UHGV virus genome: UHGV-1363143
Origin: a virus
Strand: one strand, 5' to 3'
DNA length: 64,000 nt
The first letter of the stretch is position 1. Each line of letters begins with the position of its first letter. Of the stretch, positions 51,249 to 59,974 are shown piece by piece. The notes beneath the pieces were generated by a model, which saw nothing but the letters and a program-made list of their open reading frames with translations, had not been told where the DNA came from and made no database searches. The translations under genes and the position numbers were made by a program.

Positions 51249-52775
51249 ATGAGTTTTGTAATTAAAAAATCAAGCAATAATAAGGTTACGAAAGCAATTT
51301 CAAAATGTGATAATCATGCTCCAGTAATAAAAATGGTAGGATTAGATGCTTCTAACATTAAGACTGGAAAGGATGGACAAACTGTACTTGATCATATAAA
51401 TGATTCTAAGATCCATCTTACAGAAGAGAACATTATCAAAATAGTTAAAAGTAATAAAACATGGATTGCTTCTAAAGTTGAACCATCTACAGAAATGCTA
51501 TGGATAGATACAAGCAATATTAACAATGTTTTGATCAAATGGCATAACGGAAGTGACTGGGTTGCAATTAGTGGCAACATGGATAATGCAAATAGTATAA
51601 AAAATAATTTTGAAAGTACTACTTATCCAAGACCTACAGATGATACTAGTGAAGGATATAGCGTTGGAAGCATGTGGATCAATACTAATACTAAAATTTT
51701 ATATATATGTATGGATTCAGCTGTTGGATCTGCAGTATGGATACCAATAAGCGGAAAGGCTAAAGTCGGATGTATAGAAAATATAATAGCATTTATATTT
51801 GACAATACACATCCTGGAAGAGTAGAAGGACAAAAGAAGTTCATGTTACCAAGATTTGAAAGCAAAAATTTTTATATAGAGCTTTCTTTAAATGGTATAG
51901 AACTTATAAGAAACTATGATTATATAGTGACTCATGTAGACAAGGATACATTTGTTGAACTTATTAATCCTACAGAATTATCTGATTTAATCAATGGAGA
52001 AATATATCAAATGGATTCTACTAGTGCTGTTATAGATTTCATGTTTGATGAAACTATGCCAGGCAGAGTAGAGGGGCAAACTAAATTCCCTTTAACAAAG
52101 TTAAGGGATGATATATTTTATGAAGAAATATCTCTTAATGGTATAGAACTGATAAAAGATGTAGATTACGAAATAACTAAAAATTATGCTACAAACATGA
52201 TGTCCTTAGATATGAAAAAGCCAACTCAATTAACAGACACTATAAACGGAGAGTTATTTGTAAGTGCAGAGTTCGAATATGAAGATGTGTTAACATATCC
52301 ATCTAAATTGAATCAAATAGTTATTCAGGATATTGGGGGATTCAAAAAAGGAGATTCATTAACAGGAATGTCTCTAGGTGAAATAATCGAAAAACTATTA
52401 TGTTATGAAGAATCGCAAGAGCATGGAGCTCCGACATTTATAGGACTAATAGATTTTAAGCCTATAAATGAAATAACATATAAAGACTTAGATTCAGAAA
52501 ACATTGATAAAAATGCTATTACTAAAAGCTATACAGCATATGTTCATAAAGGCAACCTGGCTTTAGCTAAAACATGCGTAGTAGCTTTCCCTAAAGAGTT
52601 TGGTTCTATCTCTGGAATAGTTGATGCTGCAAAGATATCAATTACAGGAAGCTATCACTGGATAGAAACAAGCTTAGATATACCTGGAATTGGCAAAGTT
52701 GATTATATTATAAGTTCAGCAAAAAGAGCTCAAATTTATAATAATGGAACATCTGTTGTGTGGAATATTGAATAA
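51249..52775 (+). CDS. Hypothetical fibre or receptor-binding-like protein with an internal tandem duplication (508 aa).
   Basis: It has an AAGGAGGATAAGG RBS. The repeated unit is FDNTHPGRVEGQKKF...EISLNGIELI(R/K)..DY(I/E), at about nt 51783..52020 and 52028..52200. It also carries repeated MWI(D/N)T motifs. Confidence 0.45.
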   Translation: MSFVIKKSSNNKVTKAISKCDNHAPVIKMVGLDASNIKTGKDGQTVLDHINDSKIHLTEENIIKIVKSNKTWIASKVEPSTEMLWIDTSNINNVLIKWHNGSDWVAISGNMDNANSIKNNFESTTYPRPTDDTSEGYSVGSMWINTNTKILYICMDSAVGSAVWIPISGKAKVGCIENIIAFIFDNTHPGRVEGQKKFMLPRFESKNFYIELSLNGIELIRNYDYIVTHVDKDTFVELINPTELSDLINGEIYQMDSTSAVIDFMFDETMPGRVEGQTKFPLTKLRDDIFYEEISLNGIELIKDVDYEITKNYATNMMSLDMKKPTQLTDTINGELFVSAEFEYEDVLTYPSKLNQIVIQDIGGFKKGDSLTGMSLGEIIEKLLCYEESQEHGAPTFIGLIDFKPINEITYKDLDSENIDKNAITKSYTAYVHKGNLALAKTCVVAFPKEFGSISGIVDAAKISITGSYHWIETSLDIPGIGKVDYIISSAKRAQIYNNGTSVVWNIE

Positions 52776-52790
52776 AGAGAGGTAATAAAT

Positions 52791-53168
52791 ATGACGAAGA
52801 ATTTTTTATCTAAAATAGAAAATAGTTATATTGTGCCCTCATCTATAATGATTGGAAGTGGCAATGAACCTACTGATATCAGACAAATATGCGATACTGT
52901 CGAGGATTTTCAAGAGATTGCAGATTTGGGTATGGAACTTAGATATGATGGGCTAATAACATATGAACAATTAACTGGGCGTTGGAAAGGGTGTAAGAAA
53001 GTAGGAGATTCTTTTGAATGGATTACTATAAACCCTACACCAGAAGAATTAGGATTAGATAATTATGCAAAAAAAGATCATACCCATGTAGAATATCTTC
53101 CAGAAGTATCAGAAAAACAACCTGAATTCAGTAGGCCAATAGGGCATGTATGGCTAGAATCAAATTAA
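52791..53168 (+). CDS. Hypothetical small protein (125 aa) ending in GHVWLE.
   Basis: It has an AGAGAGGTAA RBS. Its C-terminal motif is shared with the next gene. Confidence 0.4.
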   Translation: MTKNFLSKIENSYIVPSSIMIGSGNEPTDIRQICDTVEDFQEIADLGMELRYDGLITYEQLTGRWKGCKKVGDSFEWITINPTPEELGLDNYAKKDHTHVEYLPEVSEKQPEFSRPIGHVWLESN

Positions 53169-53187
53169 CAGCAGAGGAGAATAAAAC

Positions 53188-55062
53188 ATGGCAAAAAGTA
53201 TTAGAAAACTAAAGGCAGAATTAAGAGCAGCCGCACTTGAAGACCAAATCATCAAATCAGCTAAGTACAGAGTCAAAAATGAAGAAGGTAAATATGAAGT
53301 AATTCATTTTGAAACATCAGCTGAACAAGTAAAAACAAGTGATGAAAAACAATTTGTAAGTGCTGCAGAAAAAGCTGAATACGCTGACAAATACACAAAA
53401 GCAGAAGTTGATGCAAAAGTTGCAACTGTAGATTCTGATTTCAAGGCAGCTGATAAAGTATTAGATGATAGAATCACAGCTGTAGAAACAGAACTTGGCG
53501 AAGCTGGAAAAATAAAAGAATTAAGCGATGCTATAGAAGCTTTAGCTGCAGAGGATCTAGAATTAGATTCAAAAATTGAAAACACGAAAACAGATTTAGG
53601 AGAATTAACAAAAACTGTTGGAACTAATAAGTCTGAGTTAGAAGGAAAAATAACTACACTTAAAGGAGAAGTAGATACTTACAAAACTGACAATGATGCT
53701 AGAGTTGGAGCTTTAGAAACTGGTAAAGCTGACAAGGTTCACAGTCATGCTATAGCTGATGTAACTGGATTAAGTGATCAATTAGCAACTTTAGAAACAA
53801 AAGCAGAAGTTGATAAAAAGGTTGCAGCAGGAGTAACTGAAGCTAAGGCTTATACTGATACTGAAGTTGAAAAAGTTTCAAATAAGGTTGACGCAGCGAA
53901 GACTGAGTTAGAAGCTAGTAAAGTAGCTAAAGCAGATGTTGTGAATGCATTAGATGTTGTAGAAGAAGGAAAAGTTTTAGATGCTAGAGCTGGTAAAACT
54001 TTAAAGGATTCTATAGATGCTAAGGCTTCATTAGCTGAAATGAATACTGCTTTAGCAGGTAAGGCTGAAAAAGAACATACACATAATGTTTCTGATGTTA
54101 AAGGATTAGGAACAGCTGCTACTATGAACGTTGGTGTTCAAGAAGGAGAATTAGTAGCTGTTGGAGCAGGCAATAAGATAGATGTTTCATTATTACCTTC
54201 ATTAGCTATTAATGAAACAAAGGTAGTTGCAAGTGTTGAAGAAGCAATGTCTGTACAAGTTGAAACTGGAGACATAGTAATTATAAATGCAGAAGCTGTT
54301 GATTTATATAATGCAAGTGAAATGCTTATAAAGAGTATCGCAGCAGGAATAAAAACTTTCATAGTTGTAGATCCAACATCAGAAGACTTTGATGTTAAGT
54401 TTAGACCATTAGTATCTGGATCTGATTCAATATCAAAGGGAGAAGTTGAACAAGCTTTAGCAGGTAAGTTAGATAAGTCAACTTACGCAACTGATAAAGA
54501 ACAAATAAATGCATCTATTGCTACAAAAGCTAATAGTGCTGATGTTTACACTAAGACAGAGATTGATGGAAAGACATCTGCTTTAACTCAAGCTGATGAA
54601 GAAATTAGAGGAGAATTAACTAGCTCTGTATCAGATTTAGAAGGAAAGATTGCTAAGAAAGCTGACGCAGCTGAAACAACTGCAGCAATTAATGCTAAAG
54701 CAGATAAGACTTACGTAGATGCAGAACTAGGTAAGAAAGCTTCTATAGATGACGTTACAGCAGCTGTAGAAGTAAAAGCAGATAAAACTTATGTAGATAA
54801 CACAATGGCTACTAAGACTCAATTAACAGAAGGCTTAGCTTCTAAGGCAAATGTAACTGATATAGAACAAGTAAATACTAAGTTATCTGAGAAAGCTAGC
54901 AAAACAGAACTTACTGATGGATTAGCAACTAAAGCTAATGTAGAAACAACATATACAAAAGTAGAAGTTGATGCAATCGTTAAGAGCTATGCACCAACAG
55001 TAAGTAATATACAACCAACAGATAGGCCAGAAGGACATGTTTGGTTAGAAATAGTACAATAA
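53188..55062 (+). CDS. Ala/Lys/Glu/Thr-rich coiled-coil fibre or whisker-like protein (624 aa).
   Basis: It has a GCAGAGGAGAA RBS. The sequence is low-complexity with repeated KADKTYVD, LT(E/D)GLA(S/T)KANV and KAEVDAKV units. It ends PEGHVWLEIVQ. A strong terminator follows. Confidence 0.45.
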   Translation: MAKSIRKLKAELRAAALEDQIIKSAKYRVKNEEGKYEVIHFETSAEQVKTSDEKQFVSAAEKAEYADKYTKAEVDAKVATVDSDFKAADKVLDDRITAVETELGEAGKIKELSDAIEALAAEDLELDSKIENTKTDLGELTKTVGTNKSELEGKITTLKGEVDTYKTDNDARVGALETGKADKVHSHAIADVTGLSDQLATLETKAEVDKKVAAGVTEAKAYTDTEVEKVSNKVDAAKTELEASKVAKADVVNALDVVEEGKVLDARAGKTLKDSIDAKASLAEMNTALAGKAEKEHTHNVSDVKGLGTAATMNVGVQEGELVAVGAGNKIDVSLLPSLAINETKVVASVEEAMSVQVETGDIVIINAEAVDLYNASEMLIKSIAAGIKTFIVVDPTSEDFDVKFRPLVSGSDSISKGEVEQALAGKLDKSTYATDKEQINASIATKANSADVYTKTEIDGKTSALTQADEEIRGELTSSVSDLEGKIAKKADAAETTAAINAKADKTYVDAELGKKASIDDVTAAVEVKADKTYVDNTMATKTQLTEGLASKANVTDIEQVNTKLSEKASKTELTDGLATKANVETTYTKVEVDAIVKSYAPTVSNIQPTDRPEGHVWLEIVQ

Positions 55063-55070
55063 TAGTTTTT

Positions 55071-55102
55071 ATGGAGCGTATTTCTCTACGCTCCATTTTT
55101 TA
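55071..55102 (+). terminator. Rho-independent terminator.
   Basis: The stem is ATGGAGCGTA / TACGCTCCAT, followed by TTTTTT. Confidence 0.7.
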
Positions 55103-55129
55103 TTAGAAAATAATAAGGAGGATTAATAG

Positions 55130-56971
55130 ATGTCAAACCATAATGTGAAACTTAGAAGAAAAAACGGCTCTGAGTGGGACATTTTATATCCTGAATCTAT
55201 AGCGTCCAATATTAAGATGAAGTCAGGTAAAAATGTACAAGAGTTTGTTGATGATGTTAATGATAATATAAAATCATTACAAACAAATAAGGCAAACACA
55301 GATCACAATCATGATGATAAATACTTTAGAAAAATAAGAGATGTGGGCGCTAATGTTAATTTAGATACATTGACAACTACTGGTAGGTATCATCAAAGTT
55401 CAAGTGCAAATGCAACAATAGAATTGAACTATCCAGTAGCAAAAGCTGGATTATTGAAAGTATATAATGATGGATATATTTATCAAGAATATCATTGCTT
55501 CGATAACTCGGGAGCTTATAGAAGAACTCAATATAATGGAACTTGGTACAAATGGACTAGCCTTCAAGGACCAAAGGGGGATACTGGAGCAACAGGTCCA
55601 CAGGGATTAAAAGGGGATACTGGTGCACAGGGGCCACAGGGATTAAAAGGAGATATAGGACCTCAAGGAATTAAGGGAGATGTAGGAGCTGTAGGGCCAC
55701 AAGGACCTAAGGGTGAAACTGGAGCAACAGGATCTAAGGGTGCAACTGGAACAAGTATAAGATTTAAAGGAGCGTGGTCATCAACAACTGCTTATGTTAG
55801 TGACGCTAGTTATGTAGATATAGTAACAAGTGGCGGAAATACTTATAGATGTAAAGCTAGTAATACAAACCAAGCTGTAACCAATACTACTTATTGGGAG
55901 TTAATTGTTCAAAAAGGATCTCAAGGTCCAACTGGAGCTACTGGACCACAAGGGCCCAAAGGAGACACTGGAGCACAAGGGCCTCAGGGAATAGCGGGGG
56001 CTAAAGGCGCAACAGGTGCTCAAGGACCTGCTGGAATTACTCCTACAATTAAAGCAGGAACAGTTACTACTGGTGCAGCTGGAACAAATGCAGCTGTAAC
56101 TGCTAGTACTTCAGGTACAACTACCACATTTAACTTCACAATTCCAAGAGGAGCTACTGGAGCTCAAGGACCACAAGGAGCAGCAGGAGCCAAAGGTGCA
56201 ACTGGAGCAGCTGGGCCTAATACCGTAACAACAGCGACTACTACAAGTGGTTTCACTAATGGACACTTTCTATACAATAATAATGGAAAAGTTGGCGCAA
56301 AGGCAATAACTGCTGCCTCAATAGGAGCTTTGGCTTCAAGTGGTAAAGCTGCTGATTCATCTAAACTTAATGGCGTAGCAGATGCTATAGCGGATACAGC
56401 TAATACCATAGCAAAAAGAGATGGTTCTGGAGATATATCTTGTAGATTATTAAAAAGTTCATATGCTAATCAAGCTACTATTTCAGGAGCATTAGCTTTT
56501 AGAAGTAATAATAGTTCCGATAACTACATTAGATTCTGTTCAGATACGACAGCTATTAAAAAATGGCTTGGTGCTGGAAATCTTAGGGAAATTAAACATT
56601 ATGGCAATGTCAAGACAGCTACTATAATATTTGATAAAACTAAAATGGTAAACGGTGTTAGAGTAGCATTTATAACTAGTAATAAGCAAGGAACAGATTC
56701 TTGGCATTATGCCTTAAATGGTAAATGGACAGATGGCTGGACAAGTAATGGTGATGCAAAACTAAGTTTTGAGATAACTAAATTAAATGCAGCTGGAACA
56801 GTTTGGTTTGTTGAAGTATGGTTAGCTAATAGATACAGAGAATCTGCAGGTTCAAGAAGATATGATGGTTCTTCTTTAGTACACAGAGGAGAACTTAATA
56901 CAATAATGGCATACCTTGATCATGCTACAAATATATTAGAAAACCTAACTACTGTTGTTGAATATTTCTAG
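55130..56971 (+). CDS. Tail fibre with collagen-like G-x-y repeats (613 aa), paralog 1.
   Basis: An AATAAGGAGGA RBS precedes it. The N-terminus has H N(V/I)(K/R)...KNGSEW.ILYPE. The conserved globular segment is [29 protein letters not shown]. Two G-P-Q-G-x-K-G-D/A-T-G runs are present. The conserved [40 protein letters not shown] block is present. The C-terminus is unique. Confidence 0.65.
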   Translation: MSNHNVKLRRKNGSEWDILYPESIASNIKMKSGKNVQEFVDDVNDNIKSLQTNKANTDHNHDDKYFRKIRDVGANVNLDTLTTTGRYHQSSSANATIELNYPVAKAGLLKVYNDGYIYQEYHCFDNSGAYRRTQYNGTWYKWTSLQGPKGDTGATGPQGLKGDTGAQGPQGLKGDIGPQGIKGDVGAVGPQGPKGETGATGSKGATGTSIRFKGAWSSTTAYVSDASYVDIVTSGGNTYRCKASNTNQAVTNTTYWELIVQKGSQGPTGATGPQGPKGDTGAQGPQGIAGAKGATGAQGPAGITPTIKAGTVTTGAAGTNAAVTASTSGTTTTFNFTIPRGATGAQGPQGAAGAKGATGAAGPNTVTTATTTSGFTNGHFLYNNNGKVGAKAITAASIGALASSGKAADSSKLNGVADAIADTANTIAKRDGSGDISCRLLKSSYANQATISGALAFRSNNSSDNYIRFCSDTTAIKKWLGAGNLREIKHYGNVKTATIIFDKTKMVNGVRVAFITSNKQGTDSWHYALNGKWTDGWTSNGDAKLSFEITKLNAAGTVWFVEVWLANRYRESAGSRRYDGSSLVHRGELNTIMAYLDHATNILENLTTVVEYF

Positions 56972-56981
56972 GAGGTGCAAT

Positions 56982-57311
56982 ATGAGATATGTAATTATAA
57001 ATAAACTTACTAATAATTTAGTTGAAAAAATAATTTTTCCTGAAGGTGGGTTCGAACCTGTCCCTGAAATGTTGCCAAGCTACTTGGAACTTATAGTTGA
57101 CAATAATGACGTAGTAACTAATTGTCATATGAAATATGATGAATCATCTCAGTCTTTTGTAACAATATCTGATGATGATAGGGATAATCCTAAAATAGCT
57201 AGAGAACTATTGGATATTAAGACAGCTATTGCTGAGATGTCAGAAGAAAAAGATTCTGAAATAATAAAATTAAAACTAGCTTTAGTTGAGCTAGCGGAAG
57301 GAATGATTTAA
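56982..57311 (+). CDS. Tail-fibre assembly chaperone-like small protein (about 109 aa from the ATG at 56982). The ORF table starts it at a TTG at 56955, inside the fibre gene.
   Basis: A GGAGGTG RBS lies 6 nt upstream of the ATG at 56982. It is a paralog of 59515..59865, sharing AIAEMSEEKD(S/N)EI(I/M)(K/E)LKLAL. Confidence 0.45.
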   Translation: MRYVIINKLTNNLVEKIIFPEGGFEPVPEMLPSYLELIVDNNDVVTNCHMKYDESSQSFVTISDDDRDNPKIARELLDIKTAIAEMSEEKDSEIIKLKLALVELAEGMI

Positions 57312-57312
57312 T

Positions 57313-57447
57313 ATGGTAGAAATTTACGCAGATTTGGTTGAAGCTGGCAAAAGGAGTCTAGACGGTGCCAATGGTGTGCCAAAAGTTCCAGCAAAATATT
57401 TAGACGCTGTTATAGCCAAGCTAGAAAAAAGAGGCTATTTTAATTAA
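57313..57447 (+). CDS. Small ORF (44 aa) not in the supplied ORF table: MVEIYADLVEAGKRSLDGANGVPKVPAKYLDAVIAKLEKRGYFN. It is an XkdX-like small phage protein candidate.
   Basis: Its ATG overlaps the previous stop (TAATATG). Its C-terminus EKRGYFN is identical to the C-terminus of the 116-aa paralog at 59515..59865. The position, after a fibre and chaperone, matches XkdX-type genes. Confidence 0.35.
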   Translation: MVEIYADLVEAGKRSLDGANGVPKVPAKYLDAVIAKLEKRGYFN

Positions 57448-57463
57448 ATATAATACACATTAC

Positions 57464-57494
57464 AGACAGCTCTTAAGCTGTCTATTTTTTTTAT
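57464..57494 (+). terminator. Rho-independent terminator at the end of fibre cassette 1.
   Basis: The palindrome is AGACAGCT-CTTA-AGCTGTCT, followed by ATTTTTTTTT. Confidence 0.7.
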
Positions 57495-57570
57495 AAAATA
57501 CTTATCTACTTTATAGCAAAAAGTAAGGTAATAAATAAAACAGAATATAGTAATTGAAAGGAGATTTGAG

Positions 57571-59502
57571 ATGACTGTTCATAATATTAGAATGAAAACA
57601 AAGAACGGCTCTGAGTGGATAACACTTTATCCTGAGACAATAGCAAATAATGTAATTGCTACGAGCGGGAAAACTGTTCAACATGAATTAGATAATCATA
57701 CCCATAAATATGCTGGATCTTCATCAGCTGGTGGTGCTGCAAATAGTGCTATAAAGTTAGCAACTGCTAGAACCATTAACGGAATAGCTTTTGATGGAAC
57801 AGCTAATATTAACATAACGGATAATAGCAAAGTATCTCCAACTGGTACCATAGCTGCCAACAGAGTTGCAATATTTAATGATACCACGGGAAAAACAATA
57901 AAAGACAGTGGGTTTACTATTAGTTCATCTGTTCCAGCCAATGCAAAATTTACTGACACTATTTATACTCATCCTACAACATCAGGAAACAAACACATAC
58001 CTAGTGGAGGAGCCGCTGGACAAGCATTAAAATGGTCGGCTGATGGAACAGCAGTATGGTCTTCTGAACCAGTTCCGCATAATCATGACTCTGTTTATTT
58101 TAGAAAAGTTAAAGATATAGGCGCAAATGTTGATCTAAATACGTTAACAGCTACAGGTAGATATCATCAAGGCTCAAGTGCAAATGCAACTACTGCCTTA
58201 AATTATCCAACAACAAAGGCTGGATTACTAAAAGTTTATAATGATGGATATGTGTATCAAGAATATCACTGTTTCGATAACTCAGCAGCTTATAGAAGGA
58301 CTCTATATAATGGAACCTGGTATGCATGGACTACTCTTCAAGGACCAAAAGGAGCAACAGGTCCGCAAGGTATAGCAGGTGAAAAAGGTGCACAGGGTTT
58401 ACAAGGAGTTAAAGGTGATACTGGAGCTACAGGTCCCCAAGGGCCTGCGGGTGCTAAAGGGGCGACTGGTCCACAAGGGCCTGCGGGTATAACTCCTACG
58501 ATTAAAGCTGGTACTGTTACAACTGGTAATGCTGGGACGAATGCTGCTGTTACCGCAACGACTTCTGGTACTACTACTACTTTTAATTTTACCATTCCTA
58601 GGGGTGCAACTGGACCTCAGGGAGCACAAGGACCGCAAGGAGTAGCTGGTGCCAAAGGAGCTACTGGTGCGACTGGACCTGCTGGGCCTAATACAATATC
58701 AACAACAACTACTACCAGTGGTTTCACTAATGGGCATTTTTTATTTAATAATAATGGTAAGGTTAGTGCAAAAGCAATAACTGCCGCTTCAATAGGAGCA
58801 GTGCCAGCTACAGGTGGGACAGTAAATGGAACAATAAATGCAACCAATTTACAAGTTGGTGGAAATAATGTTTATCATACTGGAAGAAAACCTACATTGA
58901 CTGATATTTCTGGAGCTTATGGTTTTCAAGGTTTACTTGGTGACAATGAGGATTTAAACAACTATACAAAAACTGGTTTTTATACACAAGGTTCAAATGC
59001 AAATGCATCAAGTGGTACTAATTATCCAAGACCATATGCTGGAGTGTTAGAGGTGCATGGCGCTACTGATGGAGGTATGATTTGGCAAAAATATCACATA
59101 TATGGTTGGGATAATTCTGTTTGGGTAAGAACTTATTATGCAAACACTTGGAATCCTTGGAGAGCCTCAGCTTATGCATATGATTTAAGTCATGAAGCTT
59201 ATGTAAAGCCAACTTTTCAAAATGGTTGGAAGTCTTATGGTGGTACTTATGATGTTAGATTTACCAAAGATTCTATGAGAATGGTACATTTAGAAGGGCT
59301 GGTTACTGGTGGGACAATGGGTAAAACTATTTTTAATCTTCCAGTAGGTTATAGACCAAAACAAGGTTTTCAACAAGCCGTAGCCAATAATTTTAATGGA
59401 TATGGCCAAATAGTAATATATCCTGGTGGAGACGTTTCAGCATATTGTGGTTCTAGTGGTTGGATGTCATTAGATGGAATTACTTTTGTAGCTGATGTAT
59501 AG
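57571..59502 (+). CDS. Tail fibre with collagen-like repeats (643 aa), paralog 2.
   Basis: An AAAGGAGATTTGAG RBS precedes it. It shares the N-terminus, the [14 protein letters not shown] repeat, the YHQ...YNDGY.YQEYH block, a G-x-y run and the [12 protein letters not shown] block with paralogs 1 and 3. The C-terminal roughly 250 aa are unique. Confidence 0.65.
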   Translation: MTVHNIRMKTKNGSEWITLYPETIANNVIATSGKTVQHELDNHTHKYAGSSSAGGAANSAIKLATARTINGIAFDGTANINITDNSKVSPTGTIAANRVAIFNDTTGKTIKDSGFTISSSVPANAKFTDTIYTHPTTSGNKHIPSGGAAGQALKWSADGTAVWSSEPVPHNHDSVYFRKVKDIGANVDLNTLTATGRYHQGSSANATTALNYPTTKAGLLKVYNDGYVYQEYHCFDNSAAYRRTLYNGTWYAWTTLQGPKGATGPQGIAGEKGAQGLQGVKGDTGATGPQGPAGAKGATGPQGPAGITPTIKAGTVTTGNAGTNAAVTATTSGTTTTFNFTIPRGATGPQGAQGPQGVAGAKGATGATGPAGPNTISTTTTTSGFTNGHFLFNNNGKVSAKAITAASIGAVPATGGTVNGTINATNLQVGGNNVYHTGRKPTLTDISGAYGFQGLLGDNEDLNNYTKTGFYTQGSNANASSGTNYPRPYAGVLEVHGATDGGMIWQKYHIYGWDNSVWVRTYYANTWNPWRASAYAYDLSHEAYVKPTFQNGWKSYGGTYDVRFTKDSMRMVHLEGLVTGGTMGKTIFNLPVGYRPKQGFQQAVANNFNGYGQIVIYPGGDVSAYCGSSGWMSLDGITFVADV

Positions 59503-59514
59503 GAGGATTTTTTT

Positions 59515-59865
59515 ATGATAAAAAAAGTATTAAAAATAGATAAACAAGGTTTTTATATAGAAGATGTTATTTTGCAAGATACTGAGCTTACTCCATCTGA
59601 TTGTGTGGAAACACATTGTCCTGAAGGTTTTTACAAACCTAAATGGGATGGAGAAAAGTGGATAGAGGGTTATACTCAAGAAGAAATAAAAAAGATCCAG
59701 GAAGATGCTGAAAGGAATAGAATACCAAGTCCATATGAAATTGTAAAAGAAGAAAATCTAGAACTAAAACTAGCTATTGCTGAAATGTCAGAAGAAAAGG
59801 ATAATGAAATAATGGAATTAAAGCTGGCTTTAGCTGAGTTAGAAAAAAGAGGTTATTTTAATTAA
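59515..59865 (+). CDS. Tail-fibre assembly chaperone-like protein (116 aa), paralog.
   Basis: It has an AGGAGG RBS. Its C-terminal half is homologous to 56982..57311 and ends in EKRGYFN. Confidence 0.45.
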   Translation: MIKKVLKIDKQGFYIEDVILQDTELTPSDCVETHCPEGFYKPKWDGEKWIEGYTQEEIKKIQEDAERNRIPSPYEIVKEENLELKLAIAEMSEEKDNEIMELKLALAELEKRGYFN

Positions 59866-59881
59866 ATATTATACACATTAT

Positions 59882-59909
59882 AGACAGCTAAAACGCTGTC
59901 TATTTTTTT
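59882..59909 (+). terminator. Rho-independent terminator at the end of fibre cassette 2.
   Basis: The stem is AGACAGC-TAAAAC-GCTGTCT, followed by ATTTTTTT. Confidence 0.7.
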
Positions 59910-59974
59910 GTAAATATACCTAAAAGCAAGGTAATAAATATGCTAGAAAACACTAATTGAAAGGAGATTGAGAT

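Noticed and set aside
409-54362. All other minus-strand ORFs in the table (e.g. 2806..3156, 4195..4740, 16283..16708, 23096..23617, 23960..24478, 50336..50842).
   Set aside because: Each lies wholly within a long + strand gene. They have low-complexity hydrophobic or Ser/Leu-rich composition, typical of antisense AT-rich coding sequence. None has an RBS. The operon is uniformly + strand.
55560-56230. A possible CRISPR or other spacer-repeat array, suggested by the periodic GGAGCAACAGG / GGTGCAACTGG units.
   Set aside because: The periodicity is 9 nt (G-x-y codons) within an intact ORF. There are no fixed-length direct repeats separated by unique spacers.
56164-56409. Minus-strand ORF inside fibre paralog 1.
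   Set aside because: It shows the same antisense collagen-repeat artefact.
58338-58847. Minus-strand ORFs (58338..58595, 58399..58638, 58617..58847) rich in Pro, Ala and Val.
   Set aside because: They are antisense read-through of the collagen-like G-x-y repeats of the + strand fibre gene. They have no RBS and lie entirely inside a convincing + strand CDS.
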